Positions 1 through 9,884 of a stretch of 64,000 bases of DNA are shown here, in pieces; position 1 is the stretch's first letter; every line of letters starts with the position of its first letter. A model generated the notes under the pieces. It was not told the origin of the DNA. It made no database searches and was given only the letters and a program-made list of their open reading frames with translations. Both the position numbers and the translations under genes were made by a program. The stretch is from Cladosporium halotolerans. Its lineage: Eukaryota. The stretch lies in contig NW_027191455.1 in NCBI RefSeq assembly GCF_011745625.1, positions 1,054,001 to 1,118,000 of the forward strand. Direction: 5' to 3'.

Positions 1-574
1 CGCGCTGTAATTGGGTCAGTAGGTGAGGATGAGCGCACACGGCAGGTGAACACTTACAGGGAGACATTGCTAATCGCGATGTTGAGCGTGAAGAGGGTGG
101 AAAAGGCGACCAAGATGAGGTTCTCCTTGGTGCCTAACCGCGAGAGCTTCAATTGGCCGGTGAGCAGGAGAATTGAGCATCCGATGAAGGTCGACGCGGT
201 GTGTAGGACAGTGAGAAGCCATGGGAGTTTAGCCTAAGCGGTGTCAGTTGATTGATCATCTCTTCACTGGATCGACTTTGTGTACTCACAGTCTTCATCA
301 ATGCCTTGTTCGAGAGAGTCAACCCCAGACTGAGGAAAAAGTACAAGCCCAGGAAGACCAGCTTCTTGGTTGTGGATGTGCTGTATTCGAGAGGCTGTGC
401 TGAAGGCTGCTGGGCGGGCGTCGCTGTCTGTGCCTCCAGGTCCTCGTCGTCCTTGTTCAGAGGCGCATCGCTGGAGATGGAGGTCCGCTCCAGGCTGTAC
501 TTCTCGGCTTCTGACGAGTGGTGTGAAAGGTGCGAAAGCTCGGAGCTTTGCCTGTGGTGTGTCTTCGCAGCCAT
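1..574 (-). CDS. Nucleotide-sugar transporter, triose-phosphate translocator (TPT/SLC35) family; 5' part only, continues off the left edge
   Basis: Exon 574-290, intron 289-234 (GTGAGT..CTGAC..TAG), exon 233-58, intron 57-5 (GTAAGT..CTGAC..CAG). Spliced product KKLVFLGLYFFLSLGLTLSNKALMKT-AKLPWLLTVLH..LVAFSTLFTLNIAISNVSL matches TPT-family TM1-3 motifs. Confidence 0.85.
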
Positions 575-2786
575 GGTGCCGATTGTTCCCTGTCACGCGA
601 GACACCTCTTCCCGATCGATTTCCCTAGCTAGCTCCACGATGCGAAGAAGGATACAAGACGAGGATTGGAAGAGTGGAGGAGTTGGCGAGGCCGGTGTGT
701 GCGGATGTATGCTGTAATGACTGGGTGAAAGAATGGCGGAGAGCAGATCGTGGGTCGCAGGATGACTTCAGCCTCAGTCCGCGGAGCCGTGGAGGACAGT
801 CGTACTAGAACGAGAGCAGGTCGTGGGGACGAGTGGGCCGGCGGGCGTCGCGATCTAAGACCAGCGCAGCCCAAGTCGAAACGGTGATTCCGGAATTGCA
901 TGGGCAGCTGCGCGACTGTCGGGTGGGCCAATCGGCAATTAGCCGCGCCCGGCGCCGGCTCGGCAGGGTTGGCGCGCTGGTCATTTGCGAGCAATGCGAG
1001 CCTGAGGCGCGGCGGAGCAGATGAGCAGGGCGGGCGCGCGTGAGAGCCGAGTCTTTAGCGCCACCGCGCCCGAGCCCTGCGAGCCAGCGAGCCTTGGTGC
1101 TGCCCTACGAGCTGCAGTAATTACACACGCTGCAACCTTGTGCACGCCTTGCCGCACGCGTGTGCAAACAATCGCCGCGAGCACACAATCGCTGCGAGCA
1201 CACCATCACCGCGGCGTTGCGCGTACTAACAAACAGGCACCGCGCGCGACTCGGGCGGTGCGAGGCGAGGGAGGATCACGACATGCACGCCAGCGCTGCA
1301 GCACAGCAGCGTGTTGACGTACGGATACGGCGCTCGCGGGCCTGCAGCCCTTCGCATCCGGCAGGCTCAGGATCAGGCACCGTGGGCACCTCGCGGGCCA
1401 GCCGTGCCACTGTGCCCGCTCGCAACCTTCCGACTCTTCCGCGCCAAGCAGCCCTGCCTTGCGCGCTCCGCCCGCCGCAACGGTGCGCCAACTGTTCTCC
1501 ACCGCCGTTTATTTTCAGCAGATGCTTTTGCCCAGCGCGGTGGGCGGCGTGGGCGGCTCGGCCAGAGACAGCACGCCAGGAACGATCTGGAGCGACGAGT
1601 GACAACACAGCCTGCGGTGCGAAGGTTGGCGTGGTTGGCGATCGCCGTGGGCCAGCGATCGCGGGCCCTCTCTTCCTGGCGCAGCTGGGGCACTGCCTAG
1701 CTCATTATTCTTATTATTTAATCTTCAATGCAATTTTGTGTTCGGCCGAGGAAGTCTACGCCGCGGGTGGGCTTTGTGGCGGAGACATACCGTTCCGACC
1801 GGCGGGCAGACTACCAGCACACTTGCTAGCAGCGCTACACAGGACGGGCAGGATAGATAGGCGCGTTATCGCGGTGGCGTGAGATAGAGCGAGCCGAGCG
1901 GCGGAGGCTCCCCAAGGCTCGTCGCGCTGCCTGCCGCATCCGCCATGGGTTGGGCAGGCCAGCTGGACTGGCTGAACTGGCTGGAGGCCACGCACGCTCC
2001 GGATGGCGTGCTCGCATCGGTGTCTGCCCTGGCAGCAAAGCGCAGGTCTCGTCGCAGGCGTCGGCGGCGGCGCGGTATGCTTGGCAGGGCGGATGCGAAG
2101 GATAGAGTGGAAGTGAAGGATGTCAGCGCCAAGGCGCGTGGCAGCGACGGCGCTCTTGCTGCTTCGATTCATACCTTGGGTACTACTGTACAAGCAGGTG
2201 GATGGTGCACGGGGCCCACCACCGCGCTGCCTGCATGCGTGATGCGTGTGAACGGCGGGCGGGCGGGTGGGTGAAGAGGCTGTCGAGGCTGTTACCTGGT
2301 CTCGCGTAGGGCTCCGACTTTCCGAGTGCCCGCCCGCCCTCCACTACTAGTTACATACTATACGATGTACTAGCCGCACAGCCAGCACTGCACCCGCGGC
2401 GTGATCGCAGGCCGCAGTGTCCCGCGGGGCCGCCGGATGGATCGTCGCTGGCGCTCGCCGCCCACCACCGCCCAACCCACGTTTCCTGCTTAGCGCCCTG
2501 CGACAGGGCAGAGGGCGATGCGCGCCGAGAGCTGGCGGCCGCCCTGGCGCCCCCCCAGAGCCTTTGCAAATGACCGTCGGGGCCCTGTACCTGCAGCGTG
2601 GCGTGCGCGCGCTCGCGGCGTGAAGCCTGCGCCCATGGCCCCAACCCACGCCAAGCGCCAGACATAACCTTCGTCTGTGGCGCCTCTACCGCGCGCCTCT
2701 TCTGCACCAAAACGTGGCCTGCGACTGACTACCGCCGTTGACGCCGCATCCTCACAACCACATTCGTTCCCAAGTCTGCCTGCACA

Positions 2787-4500
2787 ATGGCCAACTGGAA
2801 GGTCTCCGGCAACGTCACCAACATCTGCTGCGTCGGCGCCGGCTACGTGGTAAGTCGTCCGAGCCCCACGCCCACCGCTGAAGATCACCTCTTGCTGACT
2901 GCCTGCATCGTAGGGCGGCCCTACTTGCGCCATCATCGCAAAGCAGAACCCGCACATCAAAGTCACCGTCGTCGACCTGAGCGAGCCGCGCATCGCGGCC
3001 TGGAAGTCCAACTCGCTGCCCATCTACGAGCCCGGCCTCCAAGAGATCGTCGAAGTCGCCAGAGATGGCACGGACGGCAGGCAGCCCAACCTGCACTTCT
3101 CCACCGAGATCTCCAAAGCCATTGACGAGGCCGAGCTGATTTTCATCTCCGTCAACACGCCCACCAAGCTTGCAGGCGTCGGCTCCGGATCAGCTTCTGA
3201 TCTCGCCTACGTCGAATCCGCAGCCCGCCACATTGCAGAGGTCGCCACCAGCGACAAGATCATTGTCGAGAAGAGCACAGTACCATGCGGTACTGCAGAG
3301 AGCTTACGCGAGATTTTCTCCGGCCTTGCTGACCCCAGTGTGAAATTCCACATTCTCTCCAACCCGGAGTTCCTGGCTGAGGGTACCGCTATTAATGATT
3401 TGCTCGAGCCTGACCGCATTCTCATCGGCCATCTTCCTGAGGAGAAGGCTGCCGCGGATGCTCTTGTCAATGTGTATGCGGCGTGGGTGCCGCAGCAAAA
3501 TATCAAGACCATCAATCTCTGGTCTTCAGAACTCGCCAAGCTTGCGGCAAATTGCATGCTCGCGCAGAGAATTTCCAGCATCAACTCTCTGAGCGCGGTC
3601 TGCGAGGCGACCGGCGCAGATATTGACGAAGTCGCATATGCCGTAGGTCTCGACACGCGAATCGGCAGCCGCATGCTAAAGGCATCCGCCGGGTTCGGTG
3701 GCTCCTGCTTCAAGAAGGACGTGCTCAGTTTAGTCTACATCTCCGAAACTCTGCACCTGCCCGAGGTCGCCGAATACTGGCGATCCGTCGTCGAGATTAA
3801 TGAATACCAAAAGCAGCGCTTCACCCGCCGCATGATCAAACGCCTCTACAACACGCTCTCGCGCAAAAAGATCGCAGTCCTCGGCTTCGCCTACAAGAAA
3901 AACACCGGCGACACCCGCGAAACTGCCGCCATCACCGTCATCAGCCAGCTGATCGCCGAGGGAGCGAAGGTCGCCATCTATGACCCGCAGGTCTCCGAAA
4001 ACCAAATCATCCACGACCTGCAGAGCGCCAACCCGGCCAAAAACATCAAGGACAGCATCACCATCTACCCCGACGCCGTCTCGGCCTGCTCCGACGCCTG
4101 CGCCATCGCCATCCTCACCGAGTGGGACCAGTTCAAAACAGACCTCATCCCCGCTCCCAAATCCCAACCCCCAGCTCCCGTCCCCCAGCTCCGCAACCTG
4201 ACTCTCGAGGACTCCACCGCCACCAGCTCCGACCTCTCCTCCGCCTCCTCCGACGCCGGCAGCGAGAGCCCCGAGATGTCCGCCGCGCACGCTTCCACGC
4301 CGCTCTCCACGCCGCCCACGGAGGACGCTCTCGAGGGCAAGCCCGGCTCCGAGAGAGTCAATTGGTCGCGGATCGCGAGCGTCATGCGCAGGCCGAGGCT
4401 AGTGTTCGACGGCAGGAATGTGGTCGACGCGCAGAGGCTGGCGTCGCTGGGGTTCAAGGTTGAGTGTATCGGGAAGGCGGGGGCGAGGCCGCATTATTAG
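2787..4500 (+). CDS. UGD1: UDP-glucose 6-dehydrogenase
   Basis: Exon 2787-2849, intron 2850-2913, exon 2914-4500. Motifs ICCVGAGYVGGPTC (NAD-binding), EKSTVPCGT, SNPEFLAEG, GFGGSCFKKD (catalytic Cys), LGFAYKKNTGDTRE, FDGRN. Confidence 0.97.
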
Positions 4501-5555
4501 ATGATTGTTTTTTTTTTCCCTTGTTTTACTTCTTATTGATTGAACGTCTTGGCTTTTATCACGCGACACGGCGATACACGGAGCGGCATGCCATTAATTC
4601 TGGGGCGGGCGTCATTGGACGCGCATGGCGCTCTTTCACCGAATGGAAAGGAACCGAAGGAAAGGGAAGGGAGTGCATATGGCGGGATCTAAAGATGGGT
4701 CGACATCGTGCGCGGAAGGACGAGTCACTGCGAGCATTGTGAGCTCGGCAGCAGCACGGACGGATCGGGATTTGACGTCTGTTTATTATTCTTTCGTGTA
4801 ATTTTACTCGGTCGCAGCTCGTGGGTGTGGCGGTCAAGAATGGATTTACACATGAATTTACCTCATGGCATCTTAAGGTTCTATCGACCGGCAGACTTCG
4901 AACCCCATCCGCCCACCGCACGAACTAGCCAGACAGCCTGAACACCTTGGCTGGCCTCAGGCCAGACAGACAGCGCCGGCCGCGCCAGCAGCCTGCACAT
5001 TCCGGCGAGTCGAATCAGGCCCCGCCAACGCTGCGTCTGGACCACGTCGAGCTTACCTTAGGGGACTTCATGAAGCATCCCGCAAATCGCTCATATCGGA
5101 GAATGCATCACCGAGAACAGGAACTTCTGACGACGGCTCGTCCGCTTTCGCATCTCCATGCGCTTCCTGTCTCTTGCCGTCAACAGCGTGCTCCTCCTGC
5201 CTCGGCTCCGAGATCTATATGCACGCTCCAGCTCGTCCCGGTCTGCACGACGTTACACGACGCTTGGGGGCTGAGACTTGCTGAACGCGAGGGGGGGAAA
5301 TTTTGTGCATACTGGTGATTGGAGGAGGGTGGCGGGTCGATGGGCTGGCTGTTTGTGCGTGCGAGGCTACGCGGTACTACAGGGCGAAATAGAACGCATG
5401 ATGCGAAGTCTTGTTTCCCACCCTTCTTCTTGAAAGGGTACCTGAGATGGACCCCTATCGATCCTTATTAGTGTGGAGCTCTTGAGATACTCGCCCAGCG
5501 AAAACCCTCCATCACCTCCACCTTGACGACGACCTCCCACCTTTGAACCAACACA

Positions 5556-7046
5556 ATGCTCGCCCTCCCACCCCGCCTCTCCTCCCTACTCCCCCTCCTC
5601 ACCCTAACGCTCCTCCTCCTGCTAACCTTCACCCTCACCACCCTGCCCTCCATCCCTTCCCTCCAATCCCTCTTCCCCAACCCTCAAACCTCCCCCTCCC
5701 TCCACCTCCTCCTCCCCGCCACAAAACCCAACCCAAACCTCTGCAAACTCCTCCTCACGACCCACCTCCTCCACTACCCCACGCCCATCCTCCTCGGCTG
5801 GGCCGGCGCCGGCGCTTACAACGGCAGCGAGTCGCACCTGTTCAAAATCGCCGCGACGCTGGAGTACCTCAAGGGCTTGGGGCGGGGAGCAGAGGAGAAA
5901 GGAGACCTGGTGCTTGTGCTGGACGCGCACGACGTGTGGGTGCAGTTGGGGCCGGGCGTGGTCATCAGCCGGTACAAGAGGGTTTTGCAGAAGGGAATGG
6001 GGGAGGTGGTGTTTGGGCCGGACAAGGTTTGCTGGCCGGAGGACGAGAGGAGGGCGGCGTGTTGGGCGGCGCCGGAGGCGGGCATGGGGAGGGCGGCGTT
6101 TGGGCCCGGCACGGATGCGGGGGATGTGAAGGGGGTGAGGCCGAGGTGGTTGTGAGTTTCTTCTGTGGTTGGGGGCGGTTGGGTTGTTTGCTGACGATTT
6201 GAGGTGAGCAGGAATTCGGGCACGGTCATGGGCCCTGCGAAGGGGATGCGCGAGCTGTTCGCGCGCACGATGGAGGTTGTGCGCGAGCGGTTCGACGAGG
6301 GGTATCCGTTTAGGAATTCGGATCAGTTTTATTTCCAGGAGGTGTGGGCGGAGCAGGAGATTGGGCGGCGGATGCTGAGGGATGGGAGAGTTGAGGCGCC
6401 GGTGTTGAGGAATGGGGAGAGAGGTGTAGTGCCTGGGATTAAGGAGGGTCAGCGGACGGAATATGGTATTGCGCTGGACTATGAGTCGGATATGTTTCAG
6501 ACCGCCACGGCGTATACGGGATATTTGACGTGGATGAGCTTCAACCACAGCACGCCGTTTGTCGAACAACAGTATGGCGGCGGGTTGAGGCGGATAGATC
6601 AGGTGGTCCTATCTCCAGAAATCCTTCGCTCCAAGCCGCCCTTCAGCGGTGCAGGGAAGAAGGACAACCTTCCGCGATCAACAAAAGGCTGGAAGGACAT
6701 GATGCTGGGTGCGAACATGATCACACAGCAACCCTTCCCCGTCTACCACATCACGGGCGAAAAATCCTACCGCGAGCGCTGGTGGCCTAGGATGTGGTTT
6801 CATCCACATGCTGAGGCTCTGCTCAAGGTAGCGAAGAGAGAGGCTGAGAAGAGAGGGATCAGGAGTAGGATCGTCGCAAAGGTCGACGGCATTTCGTACT
6901 TTGGCGCAGACTCGTTGATCGGAAATTGGAATCTGCCGAAGGGTCTGGGTGCGTGGACGGATCAAGGGGAATTCTTGACGTGGGATGAGCTGTGTGGCGA
7001 ATATGAGGATGAACTATTTCTGCGTGGGAAGAGGAAGGAAGCCTGA
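5556..7046 (+). CDS. Type II membrane glycosyltransferase-like protein (PLOD/LH3 GT-like fungal family)
   Basis: N-terminal signal anchor; intron 6152-6211 joins RPRWL-NSGTVMG. Motifs DLVLVLDAHDVWVQL (DxD-like), VVFGPDKVCWP, LNSGxxxG, SDQFYF and IALDYESDMFQT resemble the GT domain of lysyl-hydroxylase-3-type enzymes. Confidence 0.7.
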
Positions 7047-7195
7047 GATATAGCTTTTTCTTGCTGAGAATCGATCTCAGCAGATAATGGGGAACCTTTC
7101 CTATGCATACGTGCTCGACAAGCCAGCCCGCTTCGAACCTGCGATACTATCCTCACGATCCCCAGCGGCATGTCTCGCCTTTCGATCGAACCACC

Positions 7196-7993
7196 TCAAG
7201 TCTTGCTGACCTTGCACCGCTCGCGACACTCTTCCAACCTACTGATCTGCTTGCCCTCCGAGTCGAAATTGTCATCAGACAGCCACGACTCCAGCCCGGC
7301 CTTCACATGGCTGTTCCACTCATCATCCAAGATGCTGAAGAACTCCGAGTTCCGCGAACGCCCTCCGTATATCATATGCTTTCGAAACGTCCCTTCGTAC
7401 ACAAACCCAAGCCTCTCCGCAGCTCTGCGGGACGCTTTGTTGAGCTCGTTGCATTTCCATACGACCCGGCGGTACGGTGGTGATAAAGCGACGTGGTCAT
7501 CGCCGAATGCGTGACAGAGGAGCAGGTAGACGGCTTCAGTCGCTGCAGTGGTGCGCTGCAACGAAGGACCAAAGGCAACGCCGCCGACTTCCAAGGCACG
7601 GTGCGATTGCTCGATGTCGAGGAATGCGATGAGGCCCGTCACTTCAGAGCGGGCGCTGGGCCCTGATTCGTCATGTTGCGGTGAAGGCGAAAGATGCTTT
7701 GGATCGCTTTTGATGGCGTAGAAGATGAAGCCTCGCTCCATGTAGGTTTTCAAGACTTTGCCGAAATGCTCTGGGCTGTCCGGCCGGAGTTGTGGCAGAA
7801 ATTGGAAGACGGAATCGTTGTCGGGTAGACCCAGATTCTTATAGAGGCTCGGCAGGTGGTGTACACGAAGACCTTCGAGGGTGACAAATCTGCCGACGGC
7901 GTGGAGGATATCTGATGGGTAAGGTGACAACTCGGTTGACATTCTGGGACCCAGGACGGCGTCCAGGTCGTCTTCGGTAGACGGTGCTGGCAT
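7196..7993 (-). CDS. GNAT N-acetyltransferase, RimJ/RimL-like
   Basis: Intronless; first ATG at 7993 (the track start at 8032 is GTG). Motifs LEVGGVAFGPSLQRTTAATEAVYLLL, YRRVVWKCNELNKASRRAAERLGFVYEGTFRKHMI, RSRNSEFFSILDDEW. Confidence 0.9.
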   Translation of the reverse strand: MPAPSTEDDLDAVLGPRMSTELSPYPSDILHAVGRFVTLEGLRVHHLPSLYKNLGLPDNDSVFQFLPQLRPDSPEHFGKVLKTYMERGFIFYAIKSDPKHLSPSPQHDESGPSARSEVTGLIAFLDIEQSHRALEVGGVAFGPSLQRTTAATEAVYLLLCHAFGDDHVALSPPYRRVVWKCNELNKASRRAAERLGFVYEGTFRKHMIYGGRSRNSEFFSILDDEWNSHVKAGLESWLSDDNFDSEGKQISRLEECRERCKVSKT

Positions 7994-8702
7994 TGTGAAC
8001 GTTGATGCTGGTTGGATGAAAGTTATTTTCACTAGTCCTCGAAACTGAGTAATTAGTAGTAGGTACAGTACAAAGCTGGCGGGTGGAAAGCGGAGTCAAT
8101 GACTCCAAAACCAAGCAACATCCTTTATCACATGTCGGGCCCCACGGGGTGAGTCAGCAAGCAAATATATCTCCCCGCTCGCTTGAGATTCAGTCATTCA
8201 TTTAATAGACGAAAGGAATACCTTAAAGCGGTTACGACCAACTACGTAGAGCACTACTATTGAATCCACGCTGATGCTTCGTCTTGGTTTGATGGATGCG
8301 GTTGGCATCTCGTCACCTCAGCTTGGCGGCAAGACCAGTAAACGATCGCGTTTCAATCAACGTTCAACAATCCCGTTTGGACGATGACGGGATCAAATCT
8401 TGAAAAGGCTTGAAGCAGCAGGTACACGCGGAGAGTGACAAGAGGAGGCGTTGCTCTTGATGTGGCCATCCACGACCATCAACCGCCAAATGCGGGGCAA
8501 ATAGGCACCCAAAACTCAAACGACAGCACAGATACGACCAATCATGAACCATCTCTCGCCGCGCTACCTAAGCCTCTACGTGTATATAAGTCAATAACGC
8601 ACTGCCTCAAGAGCCCTATCCTCGAACCAAACCTGTCTCCGCCACCAACCTTTCTTATTCACAATCAACACCGACTACCAAAACTCACCCACAACCACAA
8701 CC

Positions 8703-9470
8703 ATGCCCGACCCCTCCACCTCGTCCTGCACCACCCTCCGTTCCCTCCACCAACCCCCACACACCCCTCTGGTTCTCACCAACATCTGGGACGTCCCCTC
8801 CGCCCGCGCCATAGCCTCCCTCCCCTCCTGCCGCGCCCTCGCAACCGCCAGCTACGCCATCGCCATCGCGCACAACACTTCCGACGAGAACCTCACCCCA
8901 GCTCAAAACCTGGCCAGCATCGCTTCCATAGCGCCCGTCGCGAAGGAGTTCGACAAGCCCCTCACGGCCGACATCCAGGACGGGTACGGCGAGCGCCTGG
9001 AGGAGGTGATCGGGCAGTTGCTGGATTTGGGCGTCGCGGGGTGTAATCTGGAGGACTTCGATGGAGCGCGCGGAGAGATGTATGGTGCTGAGGAAGCGGC
9101 GGAGAGGGTGAGGCGGACGATGGATGTCGCGCGGAGTAGGGGTGAGGGGGATTTTGTCGTCAATGCGCGGTGCGATGCGCTGCTGCATGGTGGGGAGCTG
9201 GGAGAGGTGATTGAGCGCGGGAAGGCGTATCTCGCTGCGGGGGCGACGGCGGTTTTTGTTTGGGGGTCGAAGAGGGGGGTTAGGACTGAGGAGGTGGCGG
9301 AGATGGTGCAGGCGTTTGGGGGGCGATTGAGTGTGAAGTTGGATTTTGGGGGGTTGAGTGTGCGGGAGTTGGCGGGCATGGGGGTCGCGAGGGTTAGTGT
9401 TGGGCCGAGCATGCAGACTAGGATGATGAAAGCTTTGGCGGAGGATGCGAGGGCGTTGTTGGAGTATTAA
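8703..9470 (+). CDS. Isocitrate lyase/PEP mutase superfamily protein, function unknown
   Basis: Intronless, 255 aa. Motifs NIWDVPSA, ALATASYAIA, LTADIQDGYG, GCNLED, VVNARCD, RGKAYLAAGATAVFV, GVARVSVGP. Confidence 0.9.
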   Translation: MPDPSTSSCTTLRSLHQPPHTPLVLTNIWDVPSARAIASLPSCRALATASYAIAIAHNTSDENLTPAQNLASIASIAPVAKEFDKPLTADIQDGYGERLEEVIGQLLDLGVAGCNLEDFDGARGEMYGAEEAAERVRRTMDVARSRGEGDFVVNARCDALLHGGELGEVIERGKAYLAAGATAVFVWGSKRGVRTEEVAEMVQAFGGRLSVKLDFGGLSVRELAGMGVARVSVGPSMQTRMMKALAEDARALLEY

Positions 9471-9884
9471 ACGCTAGTGGGAGGTGAGAGGAATTGGGGA
9501 ATTAATTAGACTGATTTCATTTTGGTCGAAAGCTTCTAGTCTTACAACCGATCTTCTTCCAGTGTGTTGCCATCTGCGATAAAGGTGCTGCTGAACAGCG
9601 AAATCACACGAGCTGATGCTGCCGTATGACCGTCTTTCGTCCCTCGTTTACCCCCCTCTTAGGAAAAATCAAGCACCGAGAAACGCCTTGGTATGAACAG
9701 CAATCGAATGCATGGGTATGAGGCCTCTCCATCCTCATCAAAAAGTGCAATGAAAGAACAAAGAAAACGGAAGAAAGCGATGGGTGACTGTATAGTCGTT
9801 CACTAACGCGAGGCCAGTAAAGGAAACAAGCAGGCAGGCGGGCCTGACTCGTGCCTATTAAACGGCTGTCACGCATTGGAGATG

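Noticed and set aside
629..2710. Many 100-240 aa ORFs (e.g. 1160-1882) in the transporter/UGD spacer
   Set aside because: They are Arg/Ala/Pro-rich, overlap in all frames, mostly lack ATG starts and show no motifs, as expected from very high GC content.
8703..9470. Phosphonate biosynthesis cluster (PEP mutase plus acetyltransferase)
   Set aside because: The protein lacks the EDKxxxxxNS signature of true PEP mutases, and no phosphonopyruvate decarboxylase or related gene is nearby.
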